64,000 nucleotides of DNA from Lacrimispora sp. (GTDB lineage Bacteria > Bacillota > Clostridia > Lachnospirales > Lachnospiraceae). The DNA lies in the NCBI RefSeq assembly GCF_047605665.1, contig NZ_JASGFH010000021.1, positions 14,790 to 78,789 of the forward strand. Reading direction: 5' to 3'. Made by a program: the position numbers and the translations under genes. Under the pieces are notes generated by a model that was given only the letters and a program-made list of their open reading frames with translations, had not been told where the DNA came from and did not search any database. Shown one piece after another: positions 48,869 to 57,553 of this stretch (position 1 is its first letter; each line of letters opens with the position of its first letter).

Positions 48869-50234
48869 CAGATGCGAGACGGATTCAGACATCTCAGCCC
48901 TTATGGAGGAGCTTTGGCTCTCACTTAAGAAAAGTGAATTTCCTGTCCATAGCTTTCTTGCAGAAAGAGGCGGAAAACTGTTAAAGGAAACGTATCAGGC
49001 TCCCTACGGGAAAAACGATCTCCACCGCATGTTTTCTATTACAAAAAGCTTTTGCTCCATTGCCATAGGCTTTCTTCTGGAAGAAGGCAGGCTTTCTCTG
49101 GATGACAGGATTACCGATTATTTTCCCGAATACTGTACAGGCACAACGGTTCATCCCTGGTTGAGGGAAATGACCATAAGACATATGCTTTCTATGGAGA
49201 CATGCCATTCTTCCACTACTTATAAGCTGGACAGCAAAAAAAACTGGGTGGAGAGTTTTTTTTCCACACCTCCCACCCACCGAAGCGGTCAGATTTTTCT
49301 TTATGATACCTCTTCCAGCCACACTCTGGCTGCTCTTGTAAAAAAACTTACCGGAAAAGGGATTCTGGATTATCTCCGGGGAACATGTCTCGATCAAACA
49401 GGCTTTTCTAAGGAGTCCTATATCCTCCCGGACCCTTTCGGAACGGAAATGGGAGGCTCCGGCCTTATGGCCCGCTCCATGGACCTTCTAAAGCTTGGGA
49501 GGTATTGTATGGATACGGTTCAGAAGGGAAAAGGGAAATTTGCAGATTATCTAAGGGAAGCTGTCTCTTTCCAGGTTCCCACCGTCCATTCCGGCCAGAC
49601 CCTTGACGAACAGCAGGGGTACGGATATCAGTTCTGGCGCATACGAAAGGGCTTTAGCATGTACGGCATGGGGGGACAGTATGTTCTCTTTTATCCGGAA
49701 GAAGATTTGATTTTCGTGATTACTGCTGATACTCAGAATATAAAGGGAGGAAATCAGAAGATATTGGACCTTGTTTATGAGACGGTGGAAAAGATAAGTC
49801 ACGGACGTGGTAAAACAGAACAGATTCCGGTTAAAAGAGGTCCTGGTGCCTGGGATACTTCCTACCGGATTTATCAGAACCCGGCAGGCTTTTCCCGGCT
49901 CTCCCTCTCTTTTGGATATTCAGAGGGAAAGCTGGTTCTCTCCGGAACGGATGGGGATTTTCAAATCCCCTTTTCTTTTGAAGAAGCCCGGATCAGCGTG
50001 CTGTCTAAGTATGAGCAGAGAATTGCTGTTCAGGGCATATGGGCCCATGACATGACCTTATATCTGCCGGTCCAGGTCGTTGGGGAATGCGTTGGCTCCA
50101 TTCACCTGATCCTCCGCCTGTCAGAGGAGAACATCACTGTTTGGATGAAAAAGGTGGAAGAAACGTATTTCCAGGAGTTTCAGGGGTTTTTGGAAGGAGA
50201 AAGGACAGTCCCATATTCAGCCAGGAGCTCATAA
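48858..50234 (+). CDS. serine hydrolase, class C beta-lactamase / family VIII esterase fold
   Basis: MFSITKSF (SxxK), TIRHMLSM, FLYDT, YGYQFW, YGMGGQ; no signal peptide. Confidence 0.82.
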   Translation: MQNNRCETDSDISALMEELWLSLKKSEFPVHSFLAERGGKLLKETYQAPYGKNDLHRMFSITKSFCSIAIGFLLEEGRLSLDDRITDYFPEYCTGTTVHPWLREMTIRHMLSMETCHSSTTYKLDSKKNWVESFFSTPPTHRSGQIFLYDTSSSHTLAALVKKLTGKGILDYLRGTCLDQTGFSKESYILPDPFGTEMGGSGLMARSMDLLKLGRYCMDTVQKGKGKFADYLREAVSFQVPTVHSGQTLDEQQGYGYQFWRIRKGFSMYGMGGQYVLFYPEEDLIFVITADTQNIKGGNQKILDLVYETVEKISHGRGKTEQIPVKRGPGAWDTSYRIYQNPAGFSRLSLSFGYSEGKLVLSGTDGDFQIPFSFEEARISVLSKYEQRIAVQGIWAHDMTLYLPVQVVGECVGSIHLILRLSEENITVWMKKVEETYFQEFQGFLEGERTVPYSARSS

Positions 50235-50983
50235 GCCCTGGCTCTTGTGGATTCTGCCAAAGAAGCAGTATACTCCACTTCTTCCAGGGTTCCGCCGCTG
50301 TATTTGTCTGCAGCCTCCTGTGCCTTTGCATCCCTTGCTTTATTCCATTCCTGCTGGGAAGTCTCCATCTGCACCTGTTCTTCCTCACTGAGCATTTCTG
50401 AAACCGCATCATAAATAATATTCTGTTCCCTGATCCACAGCTTCAGTTCTTTATCTGCCAGAGCTTTCATGGAATAGGTGTTTGAATCCCCTGACTCCTT
50501 CCACATCTTTTTAACCTGGATATCCAGTTCTGATAAGCGCTTCTCATAATATTTTGCTCCCTCCAAAGGGGCGGACTCAGCAGAAGGCTTGACTTTTACA
50601 TCAGGGCTGATGGGAGAGATCACAGCCTCTGTCTCAGCCTGGAGAGCAGGGGCTTCCATGCTCCTGACTGAAAAGCTCATATCACCTGATTCCGGAGAAC
50701 TGCCTTCCTCTTTTGCGGAAGGCCTCTCTTTTCCCGCTATGACCTGATCCCTGGCTATTTCCTGGGGGGCCGCAGCCTGCTCCAGGGAAAACAGCTCCGG
50801 CTGACCGCCGTAGCTTTCTGATTCCTCCGATTCCTGGGACAGGACAGCCGACTGCCCCGCCCCCTTTCCGGAATTCGGAAGGTTTTCTTTACTCTTTACG
50901 AAATTGTTCGTGGCTAAGGTTATCAAGATTCCAATAACCAGAATACCTCCGATTACAATCCAAATTCCTCTATTTTTATTCAT
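50180..50983 (-). CDS. membrane-anchored LprI/DUF1311 (lysozyme inhibitor-like) domain protein
   Basis: N-terminal TM, low-complexity linker, C-terminal SQQEWNKARD...TRARAYEL helical domain. Confidence 0.65.
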   Translation of the reverse strand: MNKNRGIWIVIGGILVIGILITLATNNFVKSKENLPNSGKGAGQSAVLSQESEESESYGGQPELFSLEQAAAPQEIARDQVIAGKERPSAKEEGSSPESGDMSFSVRSMEAPALQAETEAVISPISPDVKVKPSAESAPLEGAKYYEKRLSELDIQVKKMWKESGDSNTYSMKALADKELKLWIREQNIIYDAVSEMLSEEEQVQMETSQQEWNKARDAKAQEAADKYSGGTLEEVEYTASLAESTRARAYELLAEYGTVLSPSKNP

Positions 50984-51058
50984 GTATGATCACCTGACTT
51001 AACTTGATGAAATTACCATATCACAAATAAAAAAGAAAGAAAATAGGAATTCACATTT

Positions 51059-51085
51059 AGTAAGACATTGTAAGAGATATGTAAG
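51059..51085. promoter_or_regulatory. direct-repeat operator upstream of the LprI-like gene
   Basis: AGTAAG-N4-TGTAAG-N5-TGTAAG; extended -10 TGaTATGGT at 51015-51023 with poor -35. Confidence 0.5.
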
Positions 51086-51087
51086 TT

Positions 51088-51564
51088 TTATACCCCTTCG
51101 TCAACCAGCAGATCAGCCCCGTCAGCGGCTGTTGTAGCCAGCTTATCACACCGCTCATTCTGAGGATGGCCTGCATGTCCTTTTACCCAGTGAAAGGTCA
51201 CCTGATGAGGTTCCTTGGCCTTTAAAAGCCGTTCCCACAAGTCCACGTTTTTTACAGGACCGCTTTTGCCCCGCTTCCAGTTGTTTTTCACCCAGTTGTC
51301 AATCCAGTGCTGGTTAAAAGCATCTGTCACGTACTTGGAATCAGAGTAAAGCTCCACCTGGCAGGGTCTGGTAAGAGCTTCCAGGCCTGCGATGGCTGCC
51401 ATCAGCTCCATCCGGTTGTTGGTGGTCTTTTTATAGCCTGCCGACATGGTCTTTTCATGGAGCTGCCCCTGGGAATCCGTAAACTGTAAAACCGTTCCGT
51501 AGCCTCCCGGCCCGTCAGGGTTTCCTCTTGCAGCTCCATCTGTAAACAACAGTACTTTGGTCAT
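51088..51564 (-). CDS. rnhA: ribonuclease HI
   Basis: [44 protein letters not shown]. Confidence 0.95.
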   Translation of the reverse strand: MTKVLLFTDGAARGNPDGPGGYGTVLQFTDSQGQLHEKTMSAGYKKTTNNRMELMAAIAGLEALTRPCQVELYSDSKYVTDAFNQHWIDNWVKNNWKRGKSGPVKNVDLWERLLKAKEPHQVTFHWVKGHAGHPQNERCDKLATTAADGADLLVDEGV

Positions 51565-51579
51565 TTTCTGAGGTTCTCC

Positions 51580-53181
51580 TTATCTGTCCCATTTATCACA
51601 TAACGAATTGATCTGATCTGCAAACTTGGCAAGATCTTTGTTGGCGCCTCCCTGATTGTTGCGGATAACCTGCAAAAGTCTTTCTCCGGCGGCAAAGAGC
51701 CTTCCGTATACGCCCACAGGCTTTTTGGAAGTTTCCATGACCTTTGTAATGGGGATGCCTTCTGTTTCTTTTTCCCAGCGGCCAAGAGCGAGGTCATAAA
51801 CAGAGCCTGAATAAGGGGCCTTTATGTTATGTCCGTACTCTCTCTCCATTTTTTCTGCAAAGAATTTGGCGGTCTGGTCATCTCCGTGTACAAGAAATAC
51901 CTGACGTGGTTTTTCTTCAAATGCGTTCAACCAGGTAATCAGTCCTTCCATATCTGCGTGAGAACTCATTCCGCCCATCTGTTCAATATGGGCTTCTACA
52001 TGAATGGTATCGCCAAACAGCTTTACCTCTTTGTTCCCATCCACCAGACTTCTTCCTAAAGTCCCTACGGACTGGTAGCCGGTGAATACGATGGAACACT
52101 CCGGCCTCCACAGATTATGCTTTAAATGATGGCGGATACGGCCCGCATCACACATGCCTGCCGCTGATATAATCACTTTGGGCTTAGGATTAAAATTGAT
52201 GTTTTTGGAATCTTCACTGGTAACAGACAGTTTAAGCCCTGGGAAAGAAATGGGGTTAATGCCTTTCATGACCAGTTCTTTTGTCTCTTCGTCGTAGCAG
52301 TCAGCCAAATTGTCCTTAAACACCTGGGTGGCCTCAACAGCCAGGGGACTGTCGACGTAAACTTCAAATCCATCGTGTCCGGTAATCCTTTTTTCTGCCT
52401 TAATGTGGCGGAAAATATAGAGAAGTTCCTGGGTTCTGCCCACAGCAAAAGCCGGTATTACGACATTCCCTCCTCTGTCAAGAGCTCTCTGGACAATATC
52501 CGCAAGAATGGAAACGTGATCCGGAAGGGGATCGTGGTTTCGGTCTCCATAGGTGCATTCCATGACCACATAATCTGCCTGGGTGATGTACTGGGGGTCC
52601 CTGATCAATGGCTTGTTCTTATTTCCGATATCTCCGGAAAAGACAATTTTTTTCGCATTGCCTTCTTCCGTAATCCAGACCTCAATGGAAGCTGAACCAA
52701 GAAGGTGTCCTACATCAATGAAGCGGACCGTAAGGCCCTCTTCCAGTTCCACCTTTTCCCCGTAATGATAGGAACGGAACAGTTCCAATACACCAACAGC
52801 ATCCTCGGTCTTATAAAGGGGTTCTTCCTCCGGCTCTCCGGCCCGTCTGGCCTTTCTGTTCTTCCACTCCGCTTCTGACTCCTGAATATGGGCACTGTCT
52901 CTCAGCATAATGCTGCAAAGATCAGCGGTGGCATCGGTGGAAATCACCTTTCCACGGAAACCTCTTGCATAGATAAATGGAAGCATTCCTGCGTGATCGA
53001 TATGGGCATGTGTCAGAAGAACGTAATCAATTTCTGCATAGCTGACTGGGAGAACTACATTTTCAAACTTGTCTACTCCCTGCTCCATACCGCAGTCTAC
53101 AAGAATTTTAAGGCCGGCGGCCTCCAGATAGTGGCAGCTCCCGGTAACTTCATGGGCTGCTCCAACAAACATCAGTTTCAT
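51580..53181 (-). CDS. metallo-beta-lactamase/beta-CASP ribonuclease (YSH1/CPSF-like; start moved to MKLMFVG)
   Basis: VTGSCH, DCGMEQG, THAHIDH, GHLLGSA, FSGDIG, ECTYG, AVGRTQE, SSHAD; AGGAGG SD. Confidence 0.9.
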   Translation of the reverse strand: MKLMFVGAAHEVTGSCHYLEAAGLKILVDCGMEQGVDKFENVVLPVSYAEIDYVLLTHAHIDHAGMLPFIYARGFRGKVISTDATADLCSIMLRDSAHIQESEAEWKNRKARRAGEPEEEPLYKTEDAVGVLELFRSYHYGEKVELEEGLTVRFIDVGHLLGSASIEVWITEEGNAKKIVFSGDIGNKNKPLIRDPQYITQADYVVMECTYGDRNHDPLPDHVSILADIVQRALDRGGNVVIPAFAVGRTQELLYIFRHIKAEKRITGHDGFEVYVDSPLAVEATQVFKDNLADCYDEETKELVMKGINPISFPGLKLSVTSEDSKNINFNPKPKVIISAAGMCDAGRIRHHLKHNLWRPECSIVFTGYQSVGTLGRSLVDGNKEVKLFGDTIHVEAHIEQMGGMSSHADMEGLITWLNAFEEKPRQVFLVHGDDQTAKFFAEKMEREYGHNIKAPYSGSVYDLALGRWEKETEGIPITKVMETSKKPVGVYGRLFAAGERLLQVIRNNQGGANKDLAKFADQINSLCDKWDR

Positions 53182-53215
53182 AAAACCCCTCCTTTTGTAT
53201 TGGTGTTGTAAATCC

Positions 53216-53342
53216 GCAGTGGGAGCCCTCAAATCCTGCGGATTTAAGGGCTCACGGGCATTCGCCCTATGAAAGAAGCCACATATATTTTTTCTTATGT
53301 GCGAGCACAACGAAAAAATATCCGCGTCTTCTTTCCCACTGC
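53216..53342 (-). ncRNA. four-way-junction structured RNA resembling the Clostridiales-1 motif
   Basis: Nested inverted repeats: 53216-22/53336-42, 53223-36/53240-53, 53256-59/53264-67, 53271-78/53328-35 extended by 53285-94/53312-21; extra GU pairs favour minus strand; family name from memory only. Confidence 0.65.
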
Positions 53343-53359
53343 TCATTGCTTTCGTGGAT

Positions 53360-53389
53360 AGTATACCACTCTTTTAAATGATAATGCAA
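53360..53389 (-). promoter_or_regulatory. putative sigma-A promoter upstream of the structured RNA
   Basis: Extended -10 TGgTATACT (53360-53368); TTGCAT 18 bp upstream inside spoIVA 3' end. Confidence 0.5.
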
Positions 53390-54849
53390 ATCATACCGCC
53401 ATTGCTGTCGTTAATAATTTTCTGGAGGGTTTCCTGAAGCTTGATCTGACAGTCTTCCGTGAGCTGGGAGACTTTGACCTGGATGCCGTCTTCTACGATC
53501 TGTTCAATGGACTTTCCGAAAATATTGGTGTTCCAGATGCCTTCTTCGCTGTTTCTTGCGCTTTCCTTGATATAGGCGATCAAATCCTCAGCCTGCTGTT
53601 CGCTTCCCACAATAGGGGCAATTTCCGTCTGTATGTGGGTTTTGATCAAATTGATGGAAGGAGCCTCTGCCCTCATCTTGACGCCGTATTTATTTCCGTG
53701 TTTGATCACCTCCGGCTCATCTAACAAAATCTCTGACCGCTCAGGCGTCACCACTCCATAACCCTTCATCCGCACCTGATTCATGGCCTGATTGACCTTT
53801 TCATACTCGGTGCGCATTTTTGCCAGCTCGCTTAAAATCTGCATGAGCTGGTATTCCCCTTCAATGGGGATTCCAACGTAATCGCTGAGAATCTGATAAT
53901 AATAGCTGTCATCCACATCCATGGCCATTTCAATGCTTCCGTCAGCCATGTTCATGTTCTGCACCTTGACAGAACGGACATTTTCAGCCACTCCCTCCAA
54001 AAGACTGGAGGTCACATCCTTCATGTGGGAAACCTTTTTCACCATGTCCTTTGCCACCTGGATAGCCTGGGCTTTCAGCCAGTGGGTGGCAGGCAGGATT
54101 TCAAGCCACTTGGGAATAAAAAAGTCCATTTCCGTCACCGGAAACTCCTTTAATACCCGCTCTAAAATGTTGTTCACATCCTCTTTCTTTAACTGCTCAC
54201 AGTTGACGGGCAGAACCGTCACCCCGTACTTTTCGCTCATGTCTTTGGCCAGCTCCGTTGTTTCATCGGAATACGGCTTAGCAGAGTTAAGCAGGATGAT
54301 AAAGGGTTTTCCCAATACCTTTAATTCGTCCACTGTGCGCTCTTCGGCAGCTATGTAATTAGGACGCTTCAATTCCCCGATGGTGCCGTCTGTGGTGATG
54401 ACCACGCCGATGGTGGAGTGGTCGTTAATGACCTTTCTGGTGCCGATTTCTGCCGCTTTGGTAAAAGGAATATCGTAATCGAACCAGGGGGTCTTTACCA
54501 GACGCTCTTCATCATTTTCAATATGACCGGCTGCGCCATCCACCATAAAGCCCACACAGTCAATCAAGCGGACTTTGGCTTCGATTCCATCTCCTAGGTG
54601 AAGGCTTGCTGCTTCCTTTGGGATGAACTTGGGTTCTGTAGTCATCACTGTCTTTCCTGCCGCACTCTGTGGCAGTTCGTCCCTTGTCTGGGTTTTCTGG
54701 TGCTCATCTTCCATAACAGGCAAAACCATCAATTCCATAAAACGCTTGATAAAAGTCGATTTTCCTGTCCGCACCGGTCCCACTACTCCGATGTAAATCT
54801 CTCCGTTGGTCCTGGCTTTAATATCACTGTATACGTTATAATTGTCCAT
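53374..54849 (-). CDS. spoIVA: stage IV sporulation protein A
   Basis: GVVGPVRTGKSTFIKRFM, RDELPQS, TTEPKF, DHSTIG, NIFGKS, GGMICII. Confidence 0.97.
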   Translation of the reverse strand: MDNYNVYSDIKARTNGEIYIGVVGPVRTGKSTFIKRFMELMVLPVMEDEHQKTQTRDELPQSAAGKTVMTTEPKFIPKEAASLHLGDGIEAKVRLIDCVGFMVDGAAGHIENDEERLVKTPWFDYDIPFTKAAEIGTRKVINDHSTIGVVITTDGTIGELKRPNYIAAEERTVDELKVLGKPFIILLNSAKPYSDETTELAKDMSEKYGVTVLPVNCEQLKKEDVNNILERVLKEFPVTEMDFFIPKWLEILPATHWLKAQAIQVAKDMVKKVSHMKDVTSSLLEGVAENVRSVKVQNMNMADGSIEMAMDVDDSYYYQILSDYVGIPIEGEYQLMQILSELAKMRTEYEKVNQAMNQVRMKGYGVVTPERSEILLDEPEVIKHGNKYGVKMRAEAPSINLIKTHIQTEIAPIVGSEQQAEDLIAYIKESARNSEEGIWNTNIFGKSIEQIVEDGIQVKVSQLTEDCQIKLQETLQKIINDSNGGMICIII

Positions 54850-54875
54850 AAAGATTCCCCCTTCTGTGCTGTTAC

Positions 54876-54903
54876 ACTATATGCAGAGGGGACGCATTTA
54901 TGA
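54876..54903 (-). promoter_or_regulatory. sigma-E promoter of spoIVA
   Basis: TCATAAA-13 bp-CATATAGT; spoIVA is sigma-E dependent in B. subtilis and C. difficile. Confidence 0.7.
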
Positions 54904-54907
54904 CAGG

Positions 54908-54961
54908 AAAAACCCTGCGGCCTCCTGTATTCTTAAGGTTATCAGGGAGACGGCAGGGTTT
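54908..54961 (-). terminator. intrinsic terminator of the liv operon
   Basis: AAACCCTGC...GCAGGGTTT stem with inner pairing, T-tract on minus strand. Confidence 0.75.
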
Positions 54962-54964
54962 GTG

Positions 54965-55675
54965 TCATTCGCTTAAATATGCTTTTTTAACGGAATCATT
55001 GTTCATCAGCTCGGTTGCATCGCCGCTTAAAACAATGGCTCCTGTTTCAAGAACATAGGCCCGGTTTGCAATGGACAGGGCTTTTTTCGCATTCTGTTCC
55101 ACCAGTAAAACCGTTGTTCCTGACTTGTTGATCTCCTGAATGATATCAAAGATCTCATTGACGTAAATCGGAGAAAGTCCCATGGATGGCTCATCTAAGA
55201 CAATGACCTTTGGATGGCTCATAAGAGCCCGACCCATGGCTAACATCTGCTGTTCTCCGCCGCTTAAGGTTCCTGCCGGTTGGTTTTTACGCTCCAAGAG
55301 CCTGGGAAACCGCTTGTAAATCATGTTGAGGGTCTCTTCGATCTCGTCTTTATCCTTCCGGGTATAAGCGCCCAGCTTTAAGTTTTCATAAACGGTCAGG
55401 GAAGCGAACACACGCCGTCCCTCCGGCACATGGGCCATTCCCATGCTCACGATTTTATCTCCCCGGATTTTTGTGATATCCCGTCCGTCAAACTGTATGC
55501 TGCCGGAAGAGGACTTTAAAAGCCCGGTTATGGTATGAAGGGTGGTGGTCTTGCCCGCTCCGTTTGCACCGATTAAAGCTACGATCTCCCCTTCTTTCAC
55601 TTCAAAAGAAATACCCTTCAGCGCCTTGATGATGCCGTAATGTACTTCCAGATCCTTCACTTCAAGTATTGCCAT
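54965..55675 (-). CDS. livF: branched-chain amino acid ABC transporter ATPase
   Basis: GANGAGKTT, VPEGRRVF, LSGGEQQML, VEQNA. Confidence 0.9.
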   Translation of the reverse strand: MAILEVKDLEVHYGIIKALKGISFEVKEGEIVALIGANGAGKTTTLHTITGLLKSSSGSIQFDGRDITKIRGDKIVSMGMAHVPEGRRVFASLTVYENLKLGAYTRKDKDEIEETLNMIYKRFPRLLERKNQPAGTLSGGEQQMLAMGRALMSHPKVIVLDEPSMGLSPIYVNEIFDIIQEINKSGTTVLLVEQNAKKALSIANRAYVLETGAIVLSGDATELMNNDSVKKAYLSE

Positions 55676-55688
55676 GTTTTAAGCCTCC

Positions 55689-56447
55689 CTATTCTCCCAG
55701 ATATGCCTTGATGACCTCCGGATTGTTGAGTACATCCGCAGTCTTTCCCTGGACCAGAACCTGACCGAAATTCAATACTGTCAGGCGCTCGCATATGCCG
55801 GAAACAAGCTTCATGTCATGCTCAATCAACAAAATGGTCATATCAAAATTATCCCGTACAAAGCGGATGGTATCCATAAGCTCACTGGTTTCGTTGGGGT
55901 TCATGCCTGCCGCAGGCTCATCAAGGAGCAAAAGCCTGGGGTTGGTGGCAAGAGCCCTGGCAATCTCCAGCTTCCTCTGCTTTCCATAGGGCAGGTTTGC
56001 AGCAAGGGTATCTTTTTCCTTATCTAAATCAAATACCTTTAAAAGCTCAAGGGCTTTTTCATCCATTTCCTTCTCCACCTTATAATACTTTGGAAGGCGG
56101 AAAATGCCTGTTATGGTGGAATAGGGATAGCCGTTGTGAAGCCCTGTTTTTACATTGTCAAGAACCGTCAGTTCTTTAAACAGACGGATGTTCTGAAAGG
56201 TCCTTGCAATTCCGGTCCGGTTGATGTCCACCGTCTTTTTTCCTGTTATATTTTTACCTTCCAAAAGGATGGTGCCTGAATTGGGCTTGTATACGCCCGT
56301 CAAAAGGTTAAAGATTGTGGTTTTACCGGCCCCGTTAGGCCCGATAAGCCCATAGAGCTGTCCTTTATCAATGGTGATGTTGAAATCGTCAACAGCACGC
56401 AGGCCTCCAAAGGATATGCCCAGATTTTTAATTTCCAGTAATGCCAT
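55689..56447 (-). CDS. livG: branched-chain amino acid ABC transporter ATPase
   Basis: GPNGAGKTT, ARTFQNIRLF, LPYGKQR, DEPAAGMN, IEHDM, YLG. Confidence 0.9.
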   Translation of the reverse strand: MALLEIKNLGISFGGLRAVDDFNITIDKGQLYGLIGPNGAGKTTIFNLLTGVYKPNSGTILLEGKNITGKKTVDINRTGIARTFQNIRLFKELTVLDNVKTGLHNGYPYSTITGIFRLPKYYKVEKEMDEKALELLKVFDLDKEKDTLAANLPYGKQRKLEIARALATNPRLLLLDEPAAGMNPNETSELMDTIRFVRDNFDMTILLIEHDMKLVSGICERLTVLNFGQVLVQGKTADVLNNPEVIKAYLGE

Positions 56448-56449
56448 GA

Positions 56450-57550
56450 TTATGCGCCTCCCTTTTCTGCCTTGTTTTTGCCAAAATACCGTTTCAGAGA
56501 ATGGCGTTTTCTGAAGTCGATCAGCTTGGGACTCCAGTTGAAGATCATCATGACAATCAAAATGATGGCATAAATCAGCATACGGTAATTATTAAGCCCT
56601 CTCAAAAGCTCCGGAAGCAGAGTCAGCAGCACGGCTGATACGATGGAGCCGCGGATATTTCCGATGCCGCCGAGAACTACGAATACAAGAATCATAATGG
56701 ACTGGTTGTAACCGAAGTTTTTCTGAGTGGCTGTCAGGGATGAAAGGTTATGGGAATACAGCACTCCCGCTGCTCCTGCGAGGGAAGCGGAAATGGTAAA
56801 GGCCATAAGCTTGTATTTTGTGATGTTGATTCCGATGGACTCCGCTGCAATCCGGTTGTCACGAACCGACATGATGGCACGTCCGGACCTGGAGTGGATT
56901 AAGTTCAGCACAATGAACAGGGTAATGAGAATCAGAACCACACCGATGGTAAAAGTGGAGTTCTTAGGGGTTCCCGTAATTCCCTGGGCACCGTTTAAGA
57001 TGATCATGCCCCCTTCTTCCAGGTTGAGGGCAGCCGCATTTTTCATGGATATATGAAGGCCCTGAGAATCCTTTCCAATGTAAACCACGTTGACCACGTT
57101 TTTAATGATCTCACCAAAAGCCAGAGTTACAATGGCAAGGTAATCTCCCCGAAGCCTTAAAACCGGGATTCCCACCACAATGCCTGCCAAGGCGGCTCCT
57201 GCCGCTCCGATCAGGATGGCAAAAAAGAACCGGACTCCTGCACTTGGAATTGTCTCTAACGTTGCGATGGAAAACAGGGAACTGGAAAATGCGCCCACAC
57301 ACATGAAGCCTGCGTGGCCCAGACTCAGCTCTCCTAAAATTCCTACGGTTAAGTTTAAGGACACTGCAAGAATGGTGTAAATACAGAGGGGAACTAAAAG
57401 TCCTTTCATCAGGCTGCTGACCTGACCTGCATTTACCAGAAGCTGTACCGCAAAATAAGCAGCAATCACAAGCCCATAGGTTATGATGTTGCTTTTGGTT
57501 GTTTTGTTCAAACGGAATGTTGTTTTTGTATTTTTTTCCATGTCGTCCAC
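56450..57550 (-). CDS. livM: branched-chain amino acid ABC transporter permease
   Basis: LSLGHAGFMCVGA, LRLRGDYLAIVTLAFGEII, ESIGIN. Confidence 0.88.
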   Translation of the reverse strand: MDDMEKNTKTTFRLNKTTKSNIITYGLVIAAYFAVQLLVNAGQVSSLMKGLLVPLCIYTILAVSLNLTVGILGELSLGHAGFMCVGAFSSSLFSIATLETIPSAGVRFFFAILIGAAGAALAGIVVGIPVLRLRGDYLAIVTLAFGEIIKNVVNVVYIGKDSQGLHISMKNAAALNLEEGGMIILNGAQGITGTPKNSTFTIGVVLILITLFIVLNLIHSRSGRAIMSVRDNRIAAESIGINITKYKLMAFTISASLAGAAGVLYSHNLSSLTATQKNFGYNQSIMILVFVVLGGIGNIRGSIVSAVLLTLLPELLRGLNNYRMLIYAIILIVMMIFNWSPKLIDFRKRHSLKRYFGKNKAEKGGA

Positions 57551-57553
57551 CTA

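Noticed and set aside
53182-53346. Track's N-terminal extension of the beta-CASP RNase to 53346
   Set aside because: It crosses the structured RNA; the AGGAGG SD and family alignment support 53181.
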